Positions 1 to 7,882 of a DNA stretch of 37,707 bases are shown here, piece by piece (within the stretch, counting starts at the first letter, position 1; each line of letters opens with the position of its first letter). Position numbers and translations under genes: made by a program. A model generated the notes under the pieces. The model did no database searches. It was not told the DNA's origin and saw only the letters and a program-made list of their open reading frames with translations. The stretch lies in IMG/VR virus record IMGVR_UViG_3300045988_121638, positions 1 to 37,707 of that record. The stretch is one strand, 5' to 3'. Origin of the DNA: a virus.

Positions 1-162
1 ACGCTGCACTATAGTCGCCTGTGGCTGACGCTGCACTATAGTCGCCTGTGGCTGATGCTGCACCTTGGTAGCCTGTGGCTGATGCTGCACCTCGGTAGCC
101 TGTAGCTGACGCTGCACCATAGTTGCTTGTGGCTGACGCTGCACCTTGGTCACCTGTGGCTG
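1..162. repeat. 27-bp coding tandem repeat, 6 units (one end of an array that continues at 37421..37707)
   Basis: Units acgctgcac-(tatagtcgc/cttggtagc/ctcggtagc/catagttgc)-ctgtggctg start at 1, 28, 55, 82, 109 and 136. On the coding (minus) strand each unit encodes a nonapeptide of the form S-A-T-G-x-x-x-A-A (e.g. SATGDYSAA). Confidence 0.95.
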
Positions 163-889
163 TCTTACCCTCCTTCCACTTGCATTTTTCAAACGTAAAC
201 TTAACGGCTGCGTCTACAAGACTCTTAATACTTAGTTCAGCTCCTATGTGGATTTTTGAGCAAGCAATTTTCGTATCATCCGTATCTACGTCCATATCGC
301 CAGTCCCCTCAACCTCGTGAAACTTATTCATGCCAACTAAGGCAGGTGAATAGTAACCGAACACGTCCAATGGATGGAGGCAGAAGTGAAATCCGTTACC
401 GCAAGCCATTATATCGCCTGTTTCTTCATAGTCCTTACCTTCTTCGTATTGGAACCCCCTACATGTCAAATCGGGGTTAAAACCTTTGTACCCTTTGATT
501 TTGACAAATTCCTTTGGTAAGGTAACGTTATCCGGCAGGTTTGCTCTAAGTACCATGTACGCCATGTAGCTGGCGTCAAATCCGGCTATCCCGGTGCCAA
601 TGGCAGTTAGGAGGAATTCCTTTTCCGGATGCTCGTTAGCGTAATTCCCGAAGTTTTCTAAAAATACCAGCAGTTCTTCTTCAGTTACTTTCTGCATATC
701 CTTGTCCAGCGTAGGGATAGCATAGGACTGACCTTGTATCCCTTTTGCTTTCCCCATAATTGCGCCAAATTTCTCAACTGCCAATCTAGCTGCACCTCCG
801 GCGTGATTGCCGTTCATATTGCTTCCAAAAACGAATATTTGATTCTCTTTCAGTTCCTGAATATTCTCAGGTGTTAATTCTCTTTTCAT
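1..889 (-). CDS. N-terminal part (296 codons + 1 nt) of a junction-spanning phage protein: A1S_2505-like N-domain + DUF7666-like domain + start of a nonapeptide-repeat region. It continues in frame at 37690 downward if the molecule is circular
   Basis: ATG at 889-887, in an ATGA overlap with the stop of ORF 886..1101. Translation MKRELTPENIQELKENQIFVFGSNMNGNHAGGAARLAVEKFG..GQSYAIPT, then KGYKGFNPDLTCRGFQYEEGKDYEETGDIMACGNGFHFCLHPLDVFGYY, then ATGDQGAAS/ATSNYGAAS/ATGYRGAAS repeats. It is absent from the ORF track because there is no stop before the window edge. Confidence 0.7.
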   Translation of the reverse strand, partial: MKRELTPENIQELKENQIFVFGSNMNGNHAGGAARLAVEKFGAIMGKAKGIQGQSYAIPTLDKDMQKVTEEELLVFLENFGNYANEHPEKEFLLTAIGTGIAGFDASYMAYMVLRANLPDNVTLPKEFVKIKGYKGFNPDLTCRGFQYEEGKDYEETGDIMACGNGFHFCLHPLDVFGYYSPALVGMNKFHEVEGTGDMDVDTDDTKIACSKIHIGAELSIKSLVDAAVKFTFEKCKWKEGKTATGDQGAASATSNYGAASATGYRGAASATGYQGAASATGDYSAASATGDYSAA

Positions 890-1101
890 GATTCCTGTTT
901 GTTTCTGAGTTTGATTAATCCTTTTTTCTCACATTTTACCAAGAGAGGCATATCATCATCACTAATCCTGCATCTTGTCTCCCGATTAACCGACATGTAA
1001 CACGGAAGATTAAACCTGTCAACTATCGCCTTAATCGCTTCCCTGTTCCTGGTCTGCCAATAGATCGTCACTGCTGATGACCTGTTACCTGTACGCTCCA
1101 T
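886..1101 (-). CDS. hypothetical small protein (71 aa)
   Basis: ATG-started ORF whose stop overlaps the downstream start (ATGA at 886-889). It overlaps the 3' end of the upstream gene by 34 nt. No motif recognised. Confidence 0.45.
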   Translation of the reverse strand: MERTGNRSSAVTIYWQTRNREAIKAIVDRFNLPCYMSVNRETRCRISDDDMPLLVKCEKKGLIKLRNKQES

Positions 1102-1352
1102 GCTCTTACGTCATTATACCATTTACCCTGGTGTTCTCTTGCTACAACGTTAAACTTCACCGTCACATCATCACCAATCGACAAGGGGGTGCTAATCGGT
1201 CCATCAGAGCTGAATATTGAGAACTTCATATTCTTCCCGTATTGGAACATCTCTGTGACGATATACTCATGGCATTCCCAATCCTTACCATCCTTCACAC
1301 CTGTTCTCTTCCCCAGGTCTGCCGTAATTCTTCCTTTTATTTCGCAATTCAT
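1068..1352 (-). CDS. DUF3127-like small OB-fold protein
   Basis: 94 aa. The pattern G.KDGKDWECHEYIVTE..QYGKNMKFSIF......L.IGDDVTVKFNVVAREHQGKWYNDVRAW matches my memory of the Bacteroidota DUF3127 family. ATG start. Confidence 0.65.
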   Translation of the reverse strand: MNCEIKGRITADLGKRTGVKDGKDWECHEYIVTEMFQYGKNMKFSIFSSDGPISTPLSIGDDVTVKFNVVAREHQGKWYNDVRAWSVQVTGHQQ

Positions 1353-1460
1353 TTTTTTATCCTCCTTATTTTTTACTGCCTTCTTAAGTCGTTCCGACTA
1401 CCCTTCGGGCAGTATAGGACAAGTTGCCGTAAATTGTTAAATTTATATCTTTTTATTCGT

Positions 1461-1540
1461 AATCAATTGATTTTCAATATTTTATATCCGCACCTTATGG
1501 TGCTTTTTGTAAATCATATAAAATATTGATTATCAATTAG
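1461..1540. promoter_or_regulatory. nested inverted repeats next to the Rep gene (candidate origin or control region)
   Basis: Perfect 12-bp palindrome AATCAATTGATT (1461..1472). 14-bp perfect inverted repeat TCAATATTTTATAT (1474..1487) / ATATAAAATATTGA (1516..1529) enclosing a GC hairpin GCACC-ttat-GGTGC (1490..1503) plus T5. TTGAT-T-ATCAA at 1526..1536. Confidence 0.35.
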
Positions 1541-2482
1541 TTATCTTCTTTTCTTAATTGGTGCAATCGACCCTGATTGGAATCCCGCAAGCAATTTTTC
1601 CTTGAATTCTGCTTCAAGCGGACCTATCTCTTCGATATACTTATCCTTTTCGTTGTGCCAATTGTTGGCAAATACACGGATGGTTTCCCATTGCTTCTTC
1701 GTCAACTTTCCTGCCTGGAACAACGCCTTATATCTCTCCTTATATCGAGTGACGCCAATCCTTTGGATTTCCCTGGCTTTATCCAATTGGGACAGCCTTA
1801 CACCTTTTGCCGGCTGCAATTCCCTGACGAACTGCATCTCCGACCAATCCTTGTAAAATATCCGCCCGATTTTGTTCAGGGATGCATTATCAAGGAGTTC
1901 CGCCAACGGTATTGACTGGTGCTTATACACGGTCTCGATACGTAAGATATTGGCACCCACATTCCGTCCCTTTTCCCCGGCTTCAAAACTCTTGTCGTAG
2001 ATCTTGAGCACCTTACGGTAATATTTGCTCTTCTCCGTAGTTTTTTGCCGGAATTCCGGGTAATTGGCATCGTTCCACAACACCCGACCGGCGGCTTCCT
2101 CCACCTGTCTGATGTATACATCTGCCGGCATGGACATCTTCATCGTCACCCCTATCTCATAGTATGTCACTATTACATTCTCTATCTTCGCGCATAACCT
2201 TAAGAGCAGCTCATTGATCGTCCGTCCGGCATGGCTGAAGGTCATCGGACGGCTGTTGTCCAGCTTGCCCGATTTCCCCCTGCTGTATAACTTGTGGATA
2301 GAGCACTTACACTTTAATGTATCGCCTCGAATCTCGATGAAACAACCATCGAAATTCGCATAAGCCGTAGACTTGTAATAGATCTCATCGCCTTCGGTAC
2401 ACTGTTCCAGGTAGTTTTTAAGGACAATGGTATCTATATCGGCTGTGTCTATCTTTGCCTTGAAAATCATTTTGTCAAACAT
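1541..2482 (-). CDS. replication initiation protein (Rep_trans / replication initiation factor-like)
   Basis: 313 aa. The segment YYRKVLKIYDKSFEAGEKGRNVGANILRIETVYK resembles the conserved YDK...E....RxE core of rolling-circle-type Rep_trans initiators. It is adjacent to the AT-rich palindromic region. Confidence 0.55.
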   Translation of the reverse strand: MFDKMIFKAKIDTADIDTIVLKNYLEQCTEGDEIYYKSTAYANFDGCFIEIRGDTLKCKCSIHKLYSRGKSGKLDNSRPMTFSHAGRTINELLLRLCAKIENVIVTYYEIGVTMKMSMPADVYIRQVEEAAGRVLWNDANYPEFRQKTTEKSKYYRKVLKIYDKSFEAGEKGRNVGANILRIETVYKHQSIPLAELLDNASLNKIGRIFYKDWSEMQFVRELQPAKGVRLSQLDKAREIQRIGVTRYKERYKALFQAGKLTKKQWETIRVFANNWHNEKDKYIEEIGPLEAEFKEKLLAGFQSGSIAPIKKRR

Positions 2483-2901
2483 GCTAAGCTCAAGTTTCTT
2501 TCTTTCAATATTGTCCTAATCCTTGACCGATAATCGGCAATCAATATCCGATATTCAGCTTCGGAATACTTCATATAATCATTCTTCATCGATTCCAGCA
2601 ACAATACCTTCTGTTCGCCATACTTCTGAATCAGCCCTCTTCGGTATCCCTGTATATTACCCTCGTCAAACCGGTTACAGCTTCTGCATTGAGCGTTGCA
2701 ATTCATTTCATTATACCTTGTACTCATGTGCTGACGATTGATGTAATGACCACAGTCAGCTTGACTTATCGGCTTAATCAACCCGCATGAGATGCAACGG
2801 AATACGGTTGTCCCCGGTATCATATCGCGAAGCCTGATATATCGGGAAAATTCGGTGTCTGCGGTCCTCTTGAGAGATGCATTATTTGTTTTTTTGAGCA
2901 C
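2467..2901 (-). CDS. ninG: NinG/Rap-family recombination endonuclease
   Basis: 144 aa. ADTEFSRYIRLRD...FRCISCG...DCGHYINRQHMSTRYNEMNCNAQCRSCNRFDEGNIQGY matches the lambda NinG pattern (FS.YIR.RD, CxxC, GH, QCxxCN). GTG start at 2901. Confidence 0.8.
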   Translation of the reverse strand: MLKKTNNASLKRTADTEFSRYIRLRDMIPGTTVFRCISCGLIKPISQADCGHYINRQHMSTRYNEMNCNAQCRSCNRFDEGNIQGYRRGLIQKYGEQKVLLLESMKNDYMKYSEAEYRILIADYRSRIRTILKERNLSLACLTK

Positions 2902-3238
2902 TTCTAAATCTATGTTTGATTATTTTTACAAATTGAGAGAGATTACGGAATCTGATTGCGTGGCTATACCACTCTTCACTACTTGCCTTATAAGGATACT
3001 TTTCAGCTTCCGGCACCCATTCCTTGTCCGCCAGCAGCGCAATGACAGCCAGGTATTCCTTACCGGCATTCCAAAATATTGCAAGGTCTCCGATTTCAGG
3101 AGGGGACTCGGTTTCCCCGGTCAAATCCAATACAAACTCCTTGTTATTGCCTTCAAACAATATGACTATCTTGTTATTCTCCTGCTCTACGGATACTCGT
3201 GCGCATCCGGTAGGAATGGGTATTTCTCTTAATTTCAT
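2882..3238 (-). CDS. hypothetical protein
   Basis: The track ORF 2882..3271 begins with TTG. The first ATG (MKLREIPIPTG...) is at 3238. No motif recognised. Confidence 0.5.
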   Translation of the reverse strand: MKLREIPIPTGCARVSVEQENNKIVILFEGNNKEFVLDLTGETESPPEIGDLAIFWNAGKEYLAVIALLADKEWVPEAEKYPYKASSEEWYSHAIRFRNLSQFVKIIKHRFRSAQKNK

Positions 3239-3325
3239 AATTATTTGCTTTAATGGTTCCCGGATAGGCAATCAAGCCACACCGGGATAAAATGAGTAAC
3301 CTATATGGCATTCAGTTTGAATGCG

Positions 3326-3462
3326 TGGGCGGTACGAGACTTGAACTCGCGGCCTATAGCTTTGCCGAAGAAAAAAAACTTAACTACCAATACCATGAAA
3401 AGAGATTAAAAACACACAACTCTTCGATAACTGCCATCGCTCTACCCCTGAGCTAACCGCCC
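3326..3462 (-). tRNA. tRNA-like gene with canonical acceptor, D and T arms but a 72-nt insert in place of the anticodon loop; anticodon not assignable
   Basis: Minus-strand RNA: GGGCGGT TA GCTC AGGGGTA GAGC G ATGGC [72 nt] GCTAT AGGCC GCGAG TTCAAGT CTCGT ACCGCCC A. U8, A14, G18G19, G53:C61 and the TTCAAGT T-loop are present. No CCA is encoded. Confidence 0.6.
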
Positions 3463-3511
3463 TTGTGCCGCTTCGCCCTCACAGGTTAGACGGCTAAACC
3501 TAAACTAAAAC

Positions 3512-3955
3512 TTATCGTAATTCATCCTTGGATGTACCATCGGAATGGATAATTATATCTTTGAACCGAGTAACCTCTATCTTCAGTATCTTCCAATCGC
3601 CTATAGTTCCTTTCATCCGCTCTGTGATGAGCTCTTTAGCCTGAGACACGTTATCGGCAGACACAATGTGGTTATATCTGCGAATCTTCACCTTACCTTT
3701 CGGAGTGACATCCGATATGCCGATAACGACCTTCCACCACTGTTCCTTGTCAAAACCGGATACTTCTTCAATGACTTCCCGTTTCAAGGTCATAACCTTA
3801 GCTTCTCCATACAGTGGGAAGCAATGCTTAACCAATACATTCTCGGCTTCCGTGAAGCCCATGGCGTCAACCAGGTAAGTATCACTTACCTTTTTCCTCT
3901 TACCATTAGGCAAAGTTGAAGTACCTCTTACCACGCCTGTAAACCATTCTTCCAT
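3512..3955 (-). CDS. DUF4494-like protein
   Basis: 147 aa. MEEWFTGVVRG....GKRKKVSDTYLVDAMGFTEAENVLV resembles the N-terminal signature (WF....Y.K....GK.KKV.E.YLVDA.SFTEAE) I associate with Bacteroidota DUF4494. Confidence 0.6.
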   Translation of the reverse strand: MEEWFTGVVRGTSTLPNGKRKKVSDTYLVDAMGFTEAENVLVKHCFPLYGEAKVMTLKREVIEEVSGFDKEQWWKVVIGISDVTPKGKVKIRRYNHIVSADNVSQAKELITERMKGTIGDWKILKIEVTRFKDIIIHSDGTSKDELR

Positions 3956-3966
3956 AATATTACTGT

Positions 3967-4191
3967 TTAATATTCAAAACTATTCCCTATGCTATCCCAA
4001 TGGGCACGGTTCCTGATGTACTCATCCACCAATTGACCATCAGAGGGATTGCCTAACTCTTTCTTCAATGCCTGATATACATCGTCAGGCATGTTGTAGA
4101 TAACCTGTTCGTCATGGTCACACTTGCCGGCAACACCCAGCAGAATCACGGCTGCTATTATCCACAGTATCTGTTTTGTTATCTTGTTCAT
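3967..4191 (-). CDS. small membrane-anchored protein
   Basis: 74 aa with an N-terminal hydrophobic helix ILWIIAAVILLGVAG. ATGA overlap with the upstream gene. Confidence 0.5.
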   Translation of the reverse strand: MNKITKQILWIIAAVILLGVAGKCDHDEQVIYNMPDDVYQALKKELGNPSDGQLVDEYIRNRAHWDSIGNSFEY

Positions 4192-4421
4192 AATCGTAAT
4201 CTATCAGCATTACCTCTAGCTTTCATTACTTTTCTCCTCAGCAAGTCCAACTTCCTTGCGTAGTCAATACGAGCGCAATTCAATTTGGCTACCTTCTTAT
4301 CAAAGTCCCCAATATCATTTAACAACTCTGTTTCCAATGACAACTCTGCTTCCAAAGAAAAAACCAACTCGCGGGCTTTCTCCACTTCCGCTCTGGCTAA
4401 CGCCAACTTTCCTACTGCCAT
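4188..4421 (-). CDS. small coiled-coil protein
   Basis: 77 aa, charged and heptad-like (LALARAEVEKARELVFSLEAELSLETELL). Tightly packed in the operon. Confidence 0.5.
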   Translation of the reverse strand: MAVGKLALARAEVEKARELVFSLEAELSLETELLNDIGDFDKKVAKLNCARIDYARKLDLLRRKVMKARGNADRLRL

Positions 4422-4427
4422 ACCTCA

Positions 4428-4726
4428 TTAAGATTTATTAGAAAATAATTTTAACGCCATCTCCACATCTACTACAATCGTTCTGCCTGATTGGGAAACA
4501 GCTCTCTTTATTGGCCCGTTTTTAACTTTCGGGCGGTGGAATCTGACACATGGAATAACTCCTTAATTCCTTTCAAACCATATACTAATCGTTTCTCTGA
4601 TTTAGATTGCGTGGGAACCACAGGTGTAATCTTTGGAACCAGGCTTTCAAAGAGTTCTTTCAGCTCCCCTACGGTTAAATCTATCAACCTGGTATCATCG
4701 CTTATCCGTCTTTCAATTGGTATCAT
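4428..4726 (-). pseudogene. DUF3853-like helix-turn-helix (excisionase-like) gene with a frame break
   Basis: Track ORF 4508..4726 ends ...LVYGLKGIKELFHVSDSTARKLKTGQ*. The -1 frame continues PIKRAVSQSGRTIVVDVEMALKLFSNKS* to a stop at 4428..4430. That matches the family C-terminus (G.I..A.SQ.GR.I.VD...AL.L) and restores normal spacing to the next gene. The break is at GGGCC, 4511..4518. Confidence 0.55.
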
Positions 4727-5127
4727 AATTTGCCCTCCTTGACCCAGTTATAGATAGAATCCACATGATAGATAAAGTCTGAATCGGCAACACCAGCTGA
4801 TAACATCTTAACGATCTCCTTCCTCAACTCAATATCATTACTACTTCTTTGAGAATTTTCTTCTGATGCAATTTTTGCGTCTTTCAGTTCGCTTACACAA
4901 ATCTCTTTGAAACTTGCGCTATAAAAACTATCTATCATAAATCGCACAAGGCCTATCTCGCTACTCTCAAAAATATCCACAAATTCATGAGGGATTCTAT
5001 CAGATATTATGGCATTAAGCCCATTATCCAATTTTACCGCATACGTTCCATCAGGACGCTGTTTCAATGTCAATACATATCTCTTTTCCATTTTCTTAAA
5101 AAGAAAAGCCCTCGCTGTTCTCAGCAT
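4723..5127 (-). CDS. hypothetical protein, first gene of the leftward early operon
   Basis: The track ORF 4723..5154 starts with TTG. ATG candidates are at 5127 and 5091 (MEKRYVLTLKQ...). No motif recognised. Confidence 0.5.
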   Translation of the reverse strand: MLRTARAFLFKKMEKRYVLTLKQRPDGTYAVKLDNGLNAIISDRIPHEFVDIFESSEIGLVRFMIDSFYSASFKEICVSELKDAKIASEENSQRSSNDIELRKEIVKMLSAGVADSDFIYHVDSIYNWVKEGKL

Positions 5128-5154
5128 AATTGGTGTTTGGCTGATACTTAGCAA

Positions 5155-5440
5155 GAGCTTTATTTATGTCCTAAATTACGGTAAACACCACTAAACCGTA
5201 TCGTCTATTTTTTAATCTGATTTTTAGGATATTAAAATGGAAGTCACTATATTTGCCGTTGGAACAATTTTGGTGCGAACAAAATCACGGTTTATACCGT
5301 GACAGCCATTTTTATACCCTTTTGCAACCGATTGTTGATTGGTTACGGATGCAAAGTTAAATGAATATGTATACATAACAAACGTTTTTGAATAAAAGTT
5401 TCGTTGTATTTGTTTATTTAGATTAATTTTAAATAGCATT
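5155..5440. promoter_or_regulatory. divergent intergenic control region between the leftward early operon and the rightward cI-like gene
   Basis: 286 bp with no credible ORF between divergent genes. One plus-strand match to the Bacteroides -7 promoter consensus TAnnTTTG (TATATTTG, 5248..5255). No operators identified. Confidence 0.3.
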
Positions 5441-5839
5441 ATGGAAGAAGAATTAAGGTCTCGATTTAAAGAGGTATTGAATTTTTATAATTCTAATATC
5501 AACCAATTGGCTAACGGAGAAAGCTCTACACAAGTCCGATTGTCTCGTCAAATTAATAAGGGTGCATCTATTACTTATGATACAATAGCCATCCTTCTTG
5601 AAGCCTTCCCGAAAGTGTCTGCCGAATGGTTACTACGAGGTAAAGGAGAGATGATTGTAGCCTCATCGCAAGAGTCGACTGAAAAAGTTAATACTGAAGG
5701 TCTCTTTGGCGATGTATTGTTAGAATTTATTAAGGTTGTAAATAAAAGACTGAGCAGCATAGACAATAATACGGCCCCAGCTGTAGACAAGTTACAAGGC
5801 CTTACAGAGATTCTTTCCGAGTTAAGAAAAACTGCTTAA
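5441..5839 (+). CDS. CI-like HTH repressor
   Basis: 132 aa, one of only two plus-strand coding segments. The N-terminal HTH ends in the motif LLEAFPKVSAEWLLRGKGEM, typical of phage CI-repressor-type HTH domains in Bacteroidota. Divergent from the early operon. Confidence 0.55.
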   Translation: MEEELRSRFKEVLNFYNSNINQLANGESSTQVRLSRQINKGASITYDTIAILLEAFPKVSAEWLLRGKGEMIVASSQESTEKVNTEGLFGDVLLEFIKVVNKRLSSIDNNTAPAVDKLQGLTEILSELRKTA

Positions 5840-5896
5840 TTTATGGAATAATTAAACAATGCATATGTATTATACGTTTATTATGATACTTAAATA

Positions 5897-6826
5897 CTAA
5901 TATCTAAATAATGAACGTATCAATAGACGACTTAAAAAAACTAATGGCTCGTCTGTCTTAATCGTTGTGGTGGTAATATACCCGTCGAAAACGTCAGCTT
6001 TCTTAAGGTTCTTCACATCGGAATATCGCAGGGAGGTGAAGCACTGGAAACAGAATACGTCTTTCGCGATTTCAAGATGAGGCTCATTCGGGAATGATGA
6101 GTTATACACTCTTATTAATTCGTCCCATTCGAGGTATATCACCTTTGATGGAATCGTTTTCAGTTTTTCCTTAAACGTCATAAATGCAAGTTCTTTATTG
6201 ATTCCCTTGTCCGCTGCCCATCTGAGAAACCATTTGGTCAGATTGATATACTTCTTCGCGGTACGGTTCTTCATTCCGACTTCATCATCTATCTCTACGT
6301 TCATCAAGTAGTCAACGAGCTGGGATAATCCTTCGTGTGTGAGGTCTGCAAAGGTAAGATTGGGGGCAAACTTCTTTAAATGGTTCATTGTGGTTTTGTG
6401 CCTCTTATATGTATTCTCGGACCAGCTGTTTTCTTTACCCTGTTCCGTAATGAATTGCATATAGTAATCGAAGATGGTTTTTTCTTCTTTTTCTACGATT
6501 CTCCCATTCCTTCTATTGACTTCATTCCGAAATTCATCTGTGGAGGGTATATGCTCGGTTTGTTCGAAAAAGAAGAAGGCGTCATTAATCAGCTCTTCGA
6601 ATCGGTTTATCTCGGCATTAATGGTCGATGCCGGTACCTTTTTCTTACCATGGGTAGTGTTTACCTTGCATCGCTGGGCTTCTGCTACCCATTTGTTGTT
6701 GTCTACTCGATAGCCAATATTGAAGGCTACTGTGTTGCCGTTCCACTTAATCCTATATCGGAGTTTGGAATCGGGCTTGCCTTTCTCCTTGTCCAAGAGA
6801 AAGGTAGTTGTTCGTTTGATGTTCAT
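5897..6826 (-). pseudogene. int: N-terminal ~295 aa of a Bacteroides-type tyrosine integrase, truncated by inversion
   Basis: MNIKRTTTFLLDKEKGKPDSKLRYRIKWNG... (arm-binding N-domain), a SAM-like core-binding domain and the first catalytic Arg in CFTSLRYSD. Similarity stops after ...TIKTDEPL at 5942, followed by 14 unrelated codons and a stop. Confidence 0.8.
5942..5949. repeat. left copy of the 8-bp inverted repeat at the inversion breakpoint (TAATGGCT)
   Basis: Reverse complement of 7887..7894. It sits beside a local 6-bp inverted repeat AGACGA (5925..5930) / TCGTCT (5949..5954). Confidence 0.6.
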
Positions 6827-6834
6827 TGGGTAAA

Positions 6835-7749
6835 TTATTTAATGTTTGCTAGTGAGAAGAAAAACACTTCTGACTTTTGGTTTTCTGATGATATTGTTAT
6901 TGAATAAAATGTATCCTTTGATGAATTATTATGAGGCAAACATTTGATGGAGAATGTTTTTTTATGATTAAATTCATATAAAGAATAGTCTATATGTGTT
7001 TTAAGAAGAGAGGATAGGTAAAATTCGTATAATAAATGTCCATTCTTGTATATCCTAAAGCATTTATCTGAAATATCTACATAATTATTTTTATTAGATA
7101 GTATAGATGTGAAAGAAGTAAGTAATTTAGTCCCATCATATAAACCATATCCAAGTAAATAGAACTGTCCAAAAGGGAGCGAAATATTATTTAGATTTAC
7201 TGGTCTGTTGATCAAACTAGAATAAGATTGTGATTCTTTAATTTTTGCTTGATTCATTGTTGATATACTTCCGTCCATATATTGAATTTTTATAGAGGTA
7301 GGAATAAATTCTTCTATAGTAGAGTCATACCATACATTACTAAAGGTTTCGTTTCTATATTGCATAAATTTAATAGGGCCAGTAACCTTACAAATCGTAT
7401 TAGAATGTTTCCTAATATGGCAAAAACACTTATCTCCAACAGCATTGATAGGATAGCCATTTATATAAATATATTTGATGTCTTTATTTACAATATTCAT
7501 TCCTGAAAACGATAAATCAACCCCTCCACAGGAATCAATGGATTTTATATTTATTGCATTGACAATAAGAGGAATTTTGTTTTTTATTTTATTGATGATA
7601 GATGTATGCGATAAAGCATCCAATGTTGAGAGATAATCCTTTTTAAGAAAAGAACTATCTCTACTAATGTAGGGCTTAATGCTATCATTTTGCGAATAAG
7701 AAGTCGTAGAAATTAATAATAGTAATAATGCAATTAAAACATTTTTCAT
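6835..7749 (-). CDS. exported protein of unknown function (AT-rich cargo gene)
   Basis: 304 aa with an N-terminal signal peptide MKNVLIALLLLLISTTSYSQ (no lipobox Cys). Asn/Ile/Lys/Ser-rich. The DNA is visibly more AT-rich than the flanking phage genes. Confidence 0.65.
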   Translation of the reverse strand: MKNVLIALLLLLISTTSYSQNDSIKPYISRDSSFLKKDYLSTLDALSHTSIINKIKNKIPLIVNAINIKSIDSCGGVDLSFSGMNIVNKDIKYIYINGYPINAVGDKCFCHIRKHSNTICKVTGPIKFMQYRNETFSNVWYDSTIEEFIPTSIKIQYMDGSISTMNQAKIKESQSYSSLINRPVNLNNISLPFGQFYLLGYGLYDGTKLLTSFTSILSNKNNYVDISDKCFRIYKNGHLLYEFYLSSLLKTHIDYSLYEFNHKKTFSIKCLPHNNSSKDTFYSITISSENQKSEVFFFSLANIK

Positions 7750-7882
7750 GATTGATGATCTTGATAATTTTTTTTTAAATTGAAATATTTCTTAGAAGTC
7801 TTGCGACCATTACATATAATAAGAGTGAGATGTGTATATTTTTTCTTAATGTGTTCATCTTGGCTGTATGATTCTTCTTTAA

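Noticed and set aside
3361-3432. Group I intron or archaeal-type BHB intron in the tRNA
   Set aside because: About 65 extra nt is far below the size of known bacterial tRNA group I introns. No P3-P8-type core or bulge-helix-bulge geometry is visible. It is kept as an open question in the findings rather than called an intron.
3326-3462. Idea that the odd tRNA is an opal suppressor serving the in-frame TGA at 12128 (joining ...AGT|...G|CAAA would give anticodon UCA)
   Set aside because: The splice points are arbitrary. The resulting loop would have G33. TGA is used as a normal stop by many genes in this genome, and only one in-frame TGA exists.
5224-5439. 71-aa minus-strand ORF inside the divergent switch region
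   Set aside because: No start context or motif. It fills the expected promoter/operator region and ends exactly at the cI-like start. It is probably non-coding.
5925-5954. Longer inverted repeats between the two inversion break points
   Set aside because: Aligning 5881..5990 with the reverse complement of 7830..7950 by eye gives only the 8-bp core (9 of 10 with one flanking base). The neighbouring palindromes are local to each site rather than shared.
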